A stretch of DNA of 64,000 bases from Bugula neritina. Lineage: Eukaryota; Animalia; Bryozoa. The stretch lies in the NCBI GenBank assembly GCA_964035545.1, contig OZ037765.1, positions 14,642,698-14,706,697 on the forward strand, in the 5' to 3' direction. Within the stretch, counting starts at the first letter, position 1; every line of letters starts with the position of its first letter. The translations under genes and the position numbers were made by a program. Of the stretch, positions 1-10,740 are shown piece after piece. The notes under the pieces are model-generated. The model searched no databases, was not told the DNA's origin, and saw only the letters and a program-made list of their open reading frames with translations.

Positions 1-3000
1 GTGTTATTGAGATGTTCCAGCAACGCAAGTTTGGGCTCTTCACATCTGCGGAGTATGCGTTTGACTATCTTCACAGCAGACTCTGCCTTCCCATTAGACT
101 GAGGATGATATGGAGAGCTGGTGATGTGTGTGAAATTCCATGATTGGCTGAAAGTAGAAAACTGATGTGAAGTAAACTGTGGTCCGTTGTCAGTGTGAAC
201 CTGTCTGGGTATTCCCAGGCGTCCAAAACAGCGCTTTATAGAGTTAATAACAGTCTCTGCTGTTTGGTTTTCCAGTCGGTCGTATTCAAGGTAGTCAGTC
301 GTATAGTCAAAAATAGTAATTTAATGGGTGTGGTTGTATTCAAACAAGTCAATTCCTACTTTTGTCCAGGGTTGTTGGGAAACTGTGTGGAGTAAAAGTG
401 TTTCCTTCTGTTGCCGGGGAGCATCCAGTTGACATTGTCGACAGCTAGCAGTATTGTTTTTGATTTCATTGGTGATGCCAAGCCAAAACACTGTGTGGCG
501 GGCACGTCTTAGTGTGAAGTTAATTTCGTTATGGCCAGTGTGAAGTAGTTGGAGAAACTTTCTCTGGAGTGCCTTTGGAATAATAACTCTTAGTCTTTTG
601 TAAACAATGCCATTGTCAATAGATAGTTCGTCCTGAAAGTGTTTGTACTTGTCATGAGTTGTGCAGTCGGTAGTGTTTCAGTCATGTTTAATAAGGTTTG
701 TCAGTGTCATAAGTTCATTGTCCTGTGCAGTAGCAGTCCTAATGTTGTTAATAGTTGTTGATAGTTGGAAGAGTCAAAGTATGAGTCTCCTGAGAGTAGG
801 TCAGCCGTGATCTGTTCAGCACACTTTTGCCAAGTTACCTTAATGTTGGGGTATCTTTGTAAGTGAAGAAGCATAGCCTGCAACCTCCGAGATGCCTTAT
901 GAATGGAATTCCTGAAAATAGATACAAGGGGTTTGTGGTCAGTTTGGATAGTGACAGCATGGTGACCAAAGATATACTGGTCAAAGCGTTCAGCGCCAAA
1001 CACTATGGCAAGGCCCTCAAGCTCTAGTGGTACATAGTTCTGTTCCGATTTTGTTAAACACGAGATGCATATGCTACAGGCATGCCTCCTTGTGCATGAG
1101 TGTTGCACCCACACCAGCATTTGAAGCGTCAGTTTGTATAGTTACTGGCTTGTTGCAGTCAAAGTATTGTAGAGTTTCCGAGTCAGTTAGTAAGGCCTTC
1201 AGTCTATTAAAAGCGTTCATTTGGTGGCCAGTCCAGTGAAAGTCTCGAGCATTGTTTTGTGTCAGTAAACGTCGTAATGGTTCAGATTCTGATGCTAGAT
1301 TGCTAATAAATTTTGACATGTAGGTGATGTGACCAAGGAACCGTTTTACTCCTTGTCAAGACGAGGGAGGTTTCATCTTAAGAATGGCATTTACTTTGTT
1401 AGGATCTGGTTTAAGTCCATTAGTTGTCAGTATGTGTCCAATGTAAGGTAGTTCGTCCTGAAGGAAGCGGGATTTTTCCTTGTTCAGTCTCAGTCATGTC
1501 TGTCGAGCACGTTTGAAGAGCGCTTCAAGGTTTTTATCATGCTCTTTCTTTGTCCTTCCAAAAATTAGGATGTCATCTGCAATTATGGTGATGCCATCAA
1601 AACCAGCAAGATTTTCCGTGAGCCTTCTCTGAAACTCCTCTGGCGCTGATGCAATTCAGAAGGGTAGCCTTAGGTACTTGTACTTTCCTATGGAAATCCA
1701 AAAAGTTATCAAGTCTGTAGATTCTTCAGCTAGAGGAATTTGATAGAAACCTTCTTTGGCGTCAAACAAGGAGAAAAACTTGGCACCGTTGAGTTGTGGC
1801 AAAACATCTTCCAATGTTGGCATGACAGCGTGGTTCCATTTAATTGCTTGATTGAGATTTTGCGGATCTATGCAAATGCAGATCTTTCCATTAGGCTTGC
1901 ATACTGATTGTAGATGGCTTATCCAGTCTGTAGGTGCTTCTACCTTTGTGATAATTTGGCGTTGTTCTAGTTCAAGAATAGTCTTGATGAGATCTGATTT
2001 CATCGACAAGGGCACCTTCCGCGGTCGGACTTGCACTGGTACAGCTTCAGGTCTTAGCTCTATCTTATATTCCTGTTCAAATTTTCCAAGTCCAGTAAAT
2101 ATGTCATCAAAGTCAGTCAGTAAAGTCTGAAGGTCGGGGTCAGTGGTGGCAAAGTTTACATTCTCGCTTTTGGTGCTGGGCATTTGTAATAAATCTAGGT
2201 GCAAACATGATTTCCATGACAGCAAGCTATGTTGGGTGGTTTCCACAACTAGAAATTTTAATGTAGTGTAACATCCTTGCTTGTTTAGTATCTGTATCCG
2301 TGTCCACCCTAATGGTGCACACTTTCTCTGGTCATATAAAGTTAGTACAGTATCAGTCGGTGTAAGTTTCGGTCTACCTAGTTTGCCGTAGTCGACCGTA
2401 TTCAAAGTATTGCATGATGCACCAGTGTCAAGTTGAAATTAAATGTCATAAATAGTATCTGCTTGCTTGGCAGTGAGCATGGCTAACAATTTACAATCCC
2501 CTACTGTAGTGGAGATAGTACTTACATGTTGAGAGTCACTGTCTGAGGAGTAATTCCAGGTGACTTGATTGGCTGTTTCAGTTGAGTCGTGATAATGATG
2601 CATGCGTGACCTGCAGTATGCGGCAAAGTGGTTAAGTTTCTTGCAATGATTACACTGTTTCCCATATGCTGGGCATGCTGGAGGTGGGTGGTTGCCTCCA
2701 CAGTTTCTACACCTAGAAGCACCAACTGATCTTCTGACGTTGAGCTGAGAGCGAGTGTGTTTATCAGTGTTACGAGTGTTGTCAGAGTGATATTGACGAG
2801 TCGGAGGTCTATGTTTTACCAAGTTCACTTGTTCGAGTCCATAAGTGTTATCCTTAGTCATAGTCTTGTAGTCAATAGCCGATGCTTCTTCCGTCTGCAG
2901 AGCTCAATTGCTCTGTCAAAGTCAGTCAAGTCAAACAGTTTCTTTCTAATCTTGTCACTTTCAATTCCCAGTATCAGTGCTTGTAGTATCAGTTGGTTGT

Positions 3001-3531
3001 ACATGTCTTTTAAGTCACATAGTCCTGCAATGGTATGTAGTTCAGTCAAAAATTTGTCAATAATTCTATTCCCTTGTTTACAAGTCAGTAGTGAGTGATT
3101 CTTAGCCACTAAGTTTATTCTTGGTTTGCAGTAGTCATAAAATTGCGTCACAACTTTGTCGTAGTCAGTTTTGTCATTGTTGTCAGTCCAGTTAAAAGAG
3201 TCGTATATTTGGTTGCCTCGGCAACCGATAGTTCTAAGCAGGTATGCAGTTTTCACTTTGCTTTCGGCTGTATCTTTCGATGTGGCAGTTAAAAAAAGTT
3301 CAAAGTCACGTTTAAAAATCTTCCACTCTTCAGGTAAATTCTTCTATCTGCTAATGGTTTCGGTGCTAGTAATTGCTCCATGTTGTTTCAGTGTAATATT
3401 AATAATAATTAGACTCGGGGCACCATGTTTCATGTTAATTTGTGATATTATTGCAGCTATCGTGAAAAGGAGAGAACGTACTCAAGTTAGTTGATTAACG
3501 GAAGAGGCCGCAGCCATGATTTATTATCACA
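1..3531 (-). mobile_element. Decayed Ty3/Gypsy LTR retrotransposon (gag-PR-RT-RNaseH-IN fragments); its 3' part runs off the window start
   Basis: Broken ORFs: gag-like 2858-3256 and 2439-2861 (CRNCGGNH, CNHCKKLNHFAAYC knuckles); RT 1656-2405 (FSLFDAKEGFYQIPL, YLRLPF); RNase H 707-1319 (QTDASNAGVGA, TDHKPL); integrase remnants below 600. Many stops and frameshifts. PBS-like TGGTGCCCCG at 3416-3425, followed by a possible short TG..CA LTR at 3426-3531. Confidence 0.85.
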
Positions 3532-4282
3532 ATATATATTGTGATAAACTTTTGGGTTGAATGTAACTTAGTGCAGAACAAGAGAGGTTGAGGTAGTAGA
3601 GTTAAAAAATGTTTTATTGTAGCAGAATAACTTCGACTTATTCAGGCGAGCTCCAGTAGTAGACTGAATCTTCACTGGAACGCACCTGTTTTTATACACA
3701 GAGAACAAAAGAACATGTATACAAAAGATCTTCTGTGGTCCGAAATTTGGCAGCTCCGAAATTCGGCAGAGCCGAAACTCAGACCACAAATTTCCAGTAT
3801 CAGTATTAATGCAAAACGATAAAATAGCATAACAAAAGAAAATAACTCTAGAATGCGTATTTCAGCAAAATTACATTATGCTGAAAGCTTCAACAGTAAT
3901 CACAATAATTGGGCATTAGCACGCTAGCTTACTACAATTACAGCATTCAAAACGATATGCAACAGTAATCACAATACTCACAGTTATTTCAGAACTAATA
4001 GAGGATGAGAATCTATTACATTATACAAGATAATACTAAAACTAATACAATAAGTGAGACAATTAATTATTAAGATTATGACAAAAATAGTAAAATAATA
4101 AAATTACAAATTAGAAATAAATGTTTACATAAACACCGAACAGAGGGTCTCTCTCTTGCAGTCAATCGATACGACTATCTCCCTATTCACACTTACCGTA
4201 CCGTATGCCGTAGCAGCAAATATCAGCCATTTTTAATGTGTCCGGATTGATGTTTTCAAAGTTCGCTATTATATCCAATAAA

Positions 4283-4727
4283 TGTTGTCAAATTAGAATG
4301 AACGGCAGCTCCAAGCTGCCACCGTGACCACCTACCACCCCTGCGTCACACCAAGCGCCACCTCGACTTGCCCCACACAAGCCAACGCAGTTTGGCTCTC
4401 CCAACTGCCAAGCAGAATACTCTTACGACTACACTAGTAGCCCCCCTACCAGCAACACTTCGCTGGTAGGCAACTAAACTGAAAAACTATAGATTAGATA
4501 GACTAAAGATAACTAGAGCACTAAATTACAGAAAAGAAACAACTACCTACTAATAGTAATGATTAAGTATAACGATACAACTATTCTACTAAGTGACAAA
4601 AACAGAGAAATAATCTTAAGCCAAACCACACGTCCTTTGCTGAATAATAACAACTTTCAAAAGGGCCGCTAGTAATCCAACATGGCCGCTCGCAAGTAGC
4701 GTGGTCGGTCCGAGAGGACAACTCACA
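4283..4727 (-). repeat. 3' LTR (445 bp)
   Basis: Direct repeat of 8990-9434; the polypurine tract (GGGGGAGA on the minus strand) lies immediately inside it. Confidence 0.96.
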
Positions 4728-4856
4728 TCTCCCCCAGCTTCTCATGAAGCTCTAACAAACCTGCACGACTAGCACTCATAGTCTGAGAGATAAGCAGGTT
4801 GCCGCCGCACTCGTTGCGGTCGTTCTAGTCGAACCGGCATCCGCTCTGCTGCCACC

Positions 4857-7800
4857 TCAGCTTGGTCTACTACACGGCGTTCTCCAACACCAACCGGTCG
4901 TGTGCCAACAGCCTCGAGACGCTCGGTCCCAACCCGCTCTGGGTCTCTCATCCAGCCGAGGTGCCTCTTCAACCTCACGACCAACCAGGTCAGGTGTGGC
5001 GTCTTCTGTGACCCGAGCCAGCAAAGGTTCCGAACCGAGATTGTCCTGACCAGCTGAGTCACCACATAGAATCTCGGGTTCACACCAACCGCGCTCTCGG
5101 CTTCCCTCATAGCGACGTGTTCTAACATCTCTCACATGCCGAGGCACCCCGTTCACACAGACTGTGTGCTTTGACGTGATGCCGGTGATCTGCCCAAGGG
5201 CCCACCGCCTCGTGCAAGAAGCAGGGGATGGTTTCACCCAAACGTGATCACCAACCGCGAACTTACTATCGCCTGCTGCGTCAACCTCCTGCGAGTTGAC
5301 ATCGAAAGGCACTCGCCACGGGTACCGGAACAAGACATTAGAAGGGACAGAGCTCTCATCGACATCCTTGCGAGGTGTAACATTATACCAAAATGCTGCC
5401 TCTTCTGGAGTGATGCCCCCTCTTTCCGCAATCCTCTTGATTGTCCTATGGTTTCTCTCTACAATCCCATTGCCGCTCGGGGCGTAGGCAGCTCGGAATC
5501 GAAGAGATATTCCCCACTCGTCAGCAAACCGCTCCACTGCTGCTGACCTAAACGCCATAGAATTATCCATGAGAAACTCATAGCATGGCCCTCGCTCAAC
5601 AACAATACTTCGCAGTTGAGCAACAATGTTATCTGCAGACTCTGTCTGCAGTCGTCGCCATATGGCAAACCTCGATGGACCGCAGTCCACCATTGACAAG
5701 AAAAGCCGGCCCTCGTAATGGGTCACATCAACAGCAACCCTGTGCCAATTGCCTTCCACGGACAAACTTCCGGTCGGCACGAAGTTCTCAGATCGCAAGG
5801 CCGGATCAATCCTCTGGCAAGCCTCGCAACCAGCGAGCTTGGACTTTACCTGCTCCCGGGACAGATCTCCACGGATCTGCTTAGCAAGGTATAAAGTTCT
5901 ATCGATGCCCAGGTGGTGAGGCAGATGTGCTGCCCAGACTGCATCCTCGACACTCTCGCCGGTGGCCAGCGCTGCAGTTACATCTGCACCGAGACTTCCT
6001 GTCTCTCGATGCCCGAGCCACGGCTTGGGCACCCTAGTCATGCAGTCTGCCTTGTTCTCGGCAGTTGGCACAAATCGTACTGACACATCAAGACCAAACT
6101 CAGAGATAGTGTCTCGGATCACGCCCAGCCGGCGCTTCACCAACATCTCTGCAGCACCCTTTGTCTTGACACGACTGCGTGCATCGATCGTGTTACCCAC
6201 CCAACTCACGACAGTAAGTGAGTCGACAGCCAATGTGAAAGATTTTAAGCCCCATGCGATGGCCAGGTTAATACCCCTTGCGACGGCTTCTAACTCGGCA
6301 ACATTGATGTGAGAGTGGTCCGCTTCCTTACGGAGCCAGGACGCGTCCTCTATGATGCGTCCGCCCACGTCAAGTACCACTCCGATGCCAATAGAGCTAG
6401 CATCGGTCCAAACAGTGACTGGATCACCAGAATCCACACGCCAAGGACCCCGAACTGGGTCCTCATTGCGAGCTTTGGTTAAAAGCTCTTTCGCCAGCAT
6501 GCTGACTGTCTCCCCAACAGGTGAATCCCAAGCCCCGCCACAACCCAGGCGCTTGAGGAAACTGCACTGCAGTCGCAGCCATCCTGCGACTGGGTAGTGC
6601 CCGACCAATCGACCGCACAAGGAGAATAGTTCTCGCTTAGTTAGCCTAACAAAGTCGGCGCTGATGTCAGTCAAGGGTGTGGTCCTAGACATTTGTAGAG
6701 CTCCGTGGTTATCCTGCTTTAGGGCAATTCCCAACAGACGGCCACCATCGAGGCCAAACGGCTCTTTCGTCTGGAGCCCATACTTTGCAAGATGCTGGCG
6801 CACTTCCTCAGCACTGGCGATAGTCTCTTGCACCACTATATCGTCAATATAGTGATCCGTCGCCCGACGAACACGATCGTCAAGAGACAGCACCTTGCCA
6901 AGAATGGAAGTCATGATCCTCGGAGCACACGACAGGCCAAAGCCTAGTCTCGTCAATGCGTAGTGCACCCCCTTGTATTTCACAACCTGATACTTCCACA
7001 GGTCCTTAGAAACATGGATCTGCAAATACGCAGACTTCAGATCCACCACCTTGAGCTCACCGCGCAGCTGCCTCCACTTCCTGATCTTTTCGCCACAGAC
7101 GGCAACTTTGTCGTCACCTGTATGGCACTCGACAAAGGCATTTAGCTCACGGTAGTCCATGACTGGCCGCACCTTGTCCTTTGTCGGCTGGAAAACTGCA
7201 AGCAGTGGGATTATCCCTTCGACTGGACCCTCCCACGGTTGCAGCCAGCCCTTGGAAATCCAGCTTTCTAGTTCAGCACAATAGCGCTCGTGCACCAAGG
7301 GTGTTTGAGTGCATTTATACTCAGTTACACGAGTTTGCAAACCTCTTGGAGTCTCGCCGGACCATCGCCAACTGACAGTCCACCGGCCCTTGAAAAACTT
7401 TGCCACAAAGTCAGGGTCCTGCACCTGCAGCGTCTCCGGATCACCGCTATGACTGGCAATAGCCGCATCGCCCGCAACACATGCTAGCCTTCGGTCTGTG
7501 TTCCCTTGCCGGGGAGAAGCACAGCACCCTGCGGAACTGAGCGCGCCCCAGACAACCGAATAGCCTGAGCTAGGCAATCTTTTGACCGTGACCCCTCCCA
7601 TGTGATCAATTACGTCTCCCCCAAGGAGACAGTCAACACCAAGGTTGCCCAGCTTACTCATAACCGGCGCAGTGACACTAAAACAGTGCCCCTGCAGCCC
7701 TACCACAATGCGACTCGTGCCACTCACATGAGAAGCACTGCCATCTGCTGTCAAGAGCGGCCTACCTGGCCGAAGGCCTATTCCCACCACCACCCGTGGA

Positions 7801-8060
7801 CTGACCAAAGTCCGCTCGCTTCCAGTGTCAACCAGACACAGGAAACATCGACCGTTCAAAACGGCCTGGACAACTGGCATTCGGCCTGATGTTAGTTTAA
7901 TACCAGCCGCCCTCGACAAGTCCAACCTGCCACCCGGCACACACGCACCGCTCAGCAACTCCCTCTTAGGAGAGAACTGCCCCTCTCGGTAAGCCCGGCT
8001 TACTCGATTTCCATCGGGGGAGGTACGCCGCCCCGGTCTGTACCTCCCACCAGAAAATCC
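4857..8060 (-). CDS. pol: Pol polyprotein (protease, RT, RNase H, integrase), probably made by -1 frameshift from gag
   Basis: ORF 4857-8132: LVDTGS (PR); DLKSAYLQ, GFGLSCAP, YIDD (RT); WTDASS..ELEA..VDS..NKAD (RNase H); HLPHH..CEAC zinc motif; VAVD/LMDN/IVER DDE integrase. Confidence 0.93.
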   Translation of the reverse strand, partial: GFSGGRYRPGRRTSPDGNRVSRAYREGQFSPKRELLSGACVPGGRLDLSRAAGIKLTSGRMPVVQAVLNGRCFLCLVDTGSERTLVSPRVVVGIGLRPGRPLLTADGSASHVSGTSRIVVGLQGHCFSVTAPVMSKLGNLGVDCLLGGDVIDHMGGVTVKRLPSSGYSVVWGALSSAGCCASPRQGNTDRRLACVAGDAAIASHSGDPETLQVQDPDFVAKFFKGRWTVSWRWSGETPRGLQTRVTEYKCTQTPLVHERYCAELESWISKGWLQPWEGPVEGIIPLLAVFQPTKDKVRPVMDYRELNAFVECHTGDDKVAVCGEKIRKWRQLRGELKVVDLKSAYLQIHVSKDLWKYQVVKYKGVHYALTRLGFGLSCAPRIMTSILGKVLSLDDRVRRATDHYIDDIVVQETIASAEEVRQHLAKYGLQTKEPFGLDGGRLLGIALKQDNHGALQMSRTTPLTDISADFVRLTKRELFSLCGRLVGHYPVAGWLRLQCSFLKRLGCGGAWDSPVGETVSMLAKELLTKARNEDPVRGPWRVDSGDPVTVWTDASSIGIGVVLDVGGRIIEDASWLRKEADHSHINVAELEAVARGINLAIAWGLKSFTLAVDSLTVVSWVGNTIDARSRVKTKGAAEMLVKRRLGVIRDTISEFGLDVSVRFVPTAENKADCMTRVPKPWLGHRETGSLGADVTAALATGESVEDAVWAAHLPHHLGIDRTLYLAKQIRGDLSREQVKSKLAGCEACQRIDPALRSENFVPTGSLSVEGNWHRVAVDVTHYEGRLFLSMVDCGPSRFAIWRRLQTESADNIVAQLRSIVVERGPCYEFLMDNSMAFRSAAVERFADEWGISLRFRAAYAPSGNGIVERNHRTIKRIAERGGITPEEAAFWYNVTPRKDVDESSVPSNVLFRYPWRVPFDVNSQEVDAAGDSKFAVGDHVWVKPSPASCTRRWALGQITGITSKHTVCVNGVPRHVRDVRTRRYEGSRERGWCEPEILCGDSAGQDNLGSEPLLARVTEDATPDLVGREVEEAPRLDERPRAGWDRASRGCWHTTGWCWRTPCSRPS

Positions 8061-8956
8061 TGCGCACCGACAGCTGCAGCTGCCTGCGGACAGCTGCTGA
8101 TGTAGTGCTCGATGCTTCCACACCGAAAACACCCGGACTTCCTGGGTCCCTTCGCACTAGGTGCCTTGCGCCTTGTGGTGCAGTCCTTCACTTTGTGAGG
8201 ACCACCACACCGATAGCAAGCGTTGCTACCCGGCTGCTGCCGCCCAGAGGCTGTCGCAGCAACCACACCCTGGCCTACCTTGCTACGGCTGGCCACTGCC
8301 CTCCGCGAGACCACCTTGTCTCGCACCCGTGCCAACACTGACCCAAAATCGGCCGTGTAGGCATGGTCATGGGTCACTGCCCACTCATGAATCGCGGGCG
8401 GCAAGCCCTCATAGAACTGAGCTCGAAAGCTCAGGTTATTGCAGGACATGCCAACCCTGCGGCCGAACCGCTCTAAGCGGTCCAAAAAGGTGTCAACTGT
8501 ATCGCCTTCTTCCATTCGGCTCGAGACAAACTTGCGCCATGCCTCCTGCCTTGGCATGGCATATTCGGCCAAGAGTGCCCCCTTCACAACATCCCACTGG
8601 GATGCGTCTCCCACCATCATCCTGCTGTACACGCGAGCAGCATTGCCACCCAGCATGTACACCAGGAGATCCGTCGGAGAAATATTCTCCACACGGCAGT
8701 ACCCCTCGTACCTTGCCAGCCACTCCGAGATGTCCTCACTTCCATCTCCAGTGAACGGATTCGCCAGCTGACGAATCCTGGTGAGGATCGGCCCCCTGGC
8801 CTGGTTTAGCATAGTTGCTAATAATTTTACGTCCACAAGGACTGGCGCAGTCTCAGCTGCCGAGGTTGAGGGCACAGCTACGCTAGCTGGGCCGTCAGCC
8901 TCCGAACTCTTGACCTCACTTCCAGAGTCCACACTTCCTTCTGCAGGTGAGGACAT
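8000..8956 (-). CDS. gag: Gag with two CCHC zinc knuckles
   Basis: 318 aa; FTGDGSEDISEWL capsid-like motif; CYRCGGPHKVKDC and CFRCGSIEHYISSC. Confidence 0.93.
   Translation of the reverse strand: MSSPAEGSVDSGSEVKSSEADGPASVAVPSTSAAETAPVLVDVKLLATMLNQARGPILTRIRQLANPFTGDGSEDISEWLARYEGYCRVENISPTDLLVYMLGGNAARVYSRMMVGDASQWDVVKGALLAEYAMPRQEAWRKFVSSRMEEGDTVDTFLDRLERFGRRVGMSCNNLSFRAQFYEGLPPAIHEWAVTHDHAYTADFGSVLARVRDKVVSRRAVASRSKVGQGVVAATASGRQQPGSNACYRCGGPHKVKDCTTRRKAPSAKGPRKSGCFRCGSIEHYISSCPQAAAAVGAQDFLVGGTDRGGVPPPMEIE
8017..8060 (-). promoter_or_regulatory. Predicted -1 ribosomal frameshift signal (G GAU UUU plus stem-loop)
   Basis: Heptamer GGATTTT at 8060-8054 (minus strand) converts the gag frame to the pol frame. 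It is followed about 5 nt later by a perfect 9-bp stem GGGAGGTAC/GTACCTCCC. Confidence 0.75.
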
Positions 8957-8977
8957 TTTGATTCATCAAAAGTAACA

Positions 8978-8989
8978 GCCGAAATAGCT
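8978..8989 (-). promoter_or_regulatory. Non-canonical primer-binding site complementary to nt 1-12 of tRNA-Phe(GAA)
   Basis: The minus strand directly after the 5' LTR reads AGCTATTTCGGC with no TGG. Its complement GCCGAAATAGCT is the conserved 5' end of metazoan cytosolic tRNA-Phe. Confidence 0.75.
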
Positions 8990-9434
8990 TGTTGTCAAAT
9001 TAGAATGAACGGCAGCTCCAAGCTGCCACCGTGACCACCTACCACCCCTGCGTCACACCAAGCGCCACCTCGACTTGCCCCACACAAGCCAACGCAGTTT
9101 GGCTCTCCCAACTGCCAAGCAGAATACTCTTACGACTACACTAGTAGCCCCCCTACCAGCAACACTTCGCTGGTAGGCAACTAAACTGAAAAACTATAGA
9201 TTAGATAGACTAAAGATAACTAGAGCACTAAATTACAGAAAAGAAACAACTACCTACTAATAGTAATGATTAAGTATAACGATACAACTATTCTACTAAG
9301 TGACAAAAACAGAGAAATAATCTTAAGCCAAACCACACGTCCTTTGCTGAATAATAACAACTTTCAAAAGGGCCGCTAGTAATCCAACATGGCCGCTCGC
9401 AAGTAGCGTGGTCGGTCCGAGAGGACAACTCACA
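8990..9434 (-). repeat. 5' LTR (445 bp)
   Basis: Direct repeat of 4283-4727. Confidence 0.96.
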
Positions 9435-9639
9435 ATAAATTAACGCAAGAGGTTTTTTTGTCCAATAGGAGTCCACCGCAACTTATTTGAATCAAGCAGT
9501 GCTTGATCCTACCGTACCGCAACACTGTACAGAAAGCTCAGACATTTGTAAAAATGGCTGATACTTGCTGCTACGACGTGCAGTACGGTAAACGTGAATA
9601 GGGGGTATGACTGTTTCATGGATTTGACTTAAACTTATT

Positions 9640-10440
9640 GCAGCTTTCCACGCAGCTCTGTTGTCAGCCGTCTTTCACCAGAAACTCAAGTTAATGAAAC
9701 TCCATTTCCTATTCCTCTTGGCAACATATTTAAGTCTGAGTCTAGGTTGCTTTCTATTTTGTTTGTCGTCTTTTAGCTGAGAATAGAGCAGTTGTCTTGG
9801 GAGCCGGCTATGTTCCATCCTGTGCACATGGCCTAGCCATCTCAGGTTCTTTTTGATAATTTCGAGCTTCACATCCTACTCTTGCATTAAAGTCACCGGC
9901 TATAATCAGTTTTTCTGAGATAGATATATTGTTCACCGTTTCTTTCAGCTTATTGCAGAACTCTTTTTCTTTTCCTCAGGATTTGTCATCGTTGGAGCGT
10001 AAGCACTCGCTATTGTAGCATAATGATTTTTTTCAATGGCAGTCTCATGCTTATAATTGTTTCACTTTTTGCTGTTGGTTCTTGTTCTAGATAAGGCATA
10101 ATTGTATTCCCAATAGCAAACCCCACTCCTGATTCTCTTTTTTCTCCCCCACCTCTTCCACTCCAAAACAATGTGTACCCATTATCAACAAGGCTATCAT
10201 TTAAGGCAATCCAAGTTTCACTCAAAGCTGCAATATCTATATCATATTGATTCAGCTCTTTTGCAACAAGTGCTGTTTGCCTTTCAGATCTTTTTGAATT
10301 ATTCCAGTCTAGTAATGCTTTAACATGTTATTATCCTAGTCTCAGAACTTTTCTGATTTTCCCATTTCGTCATAGCTTACTTTTCACTGGCTGCCGGAGT
10401 GAGAGGAGACTAGTGCAAACCTTATTAATCCGGGCGACGT
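9640..10440 (-). pseudogene. Decayed, internally deleted RTE-clade LINE
   Basis: APE fragment 10010-10225 (GYTLFWSG..ESGVGFAI) sits close to a C-terminal fragment 9675-9872 (LRWLGHVHRM..LPRQLLYSQL). Both resemble the intact ORF at 40298-43387; the RT core is missing. Confidence 0.8.
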
Positions 10441-10740
10441 TTGAGCTGGTAACAAGTACTGTTTCCATTGCCAGAATCTATAAAACTGCATTCAAAATGG
10501 TTAAGTGAACTTGACTTTTGCGTTACCATGTTCCCTCTTTTGGCAGGGTGTAAATGGGATCTGGTGGCAAGAACAGGTCAAGACGTGCTAGCATTTACAT
10601 CCTGCTACAGTGGCTGGCCGTTAAACATGTTTGTCTGTACACCCCTTTTGGGAACTGCCACAGATACCCACTGAAATGCTAGATTTTGTTTTTAGTTATA
10701 CATGGATGTCCAATACACCCTCTCTAATGTCAAGACTTTA

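Larger units (their letters stand above)
4283..9434 (-). mobile_element. Full-length Gypsy-type LTR retrotransposon, recent insertion
   Basis: Two 445-bp TG...CA LTRs (4283-4727, 8990-9434), identical by eye. 5-bp TSD ATAAA (4278-4282 and 9435-9439). PPT at 4728-4737. gag and pol ORFs in PR-RT-RH-IN order. Confidence 0.96.
4179..9605. mobile_element. MITE (~270 bp, imperfect ~55-60-bp TIRs) split by the LTR element at 4283-9434
   Basis: CCCTATTCACACTTACCGTACCGTATGCCGTAGCAGCAAATATCAGCCATTTTTA at 4181-4235 is an imperfect inverted copy of 9549-9603. No coding capacity. Confidence 0.75.

Noticed and set aside
3733-3790. Short imperfect hairpin with CCGAAA repeats
   Set aside because: Too short and degenerate to assign; probably a MITE remnant.
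8972-8984. TTCGGCTGTTA resembles the tRNA-Asn anticodon arm
   Set aside because: Same sense as the element RNA, so it cannot bind a primer; the tRNA-Phe 5' match explains the site better.
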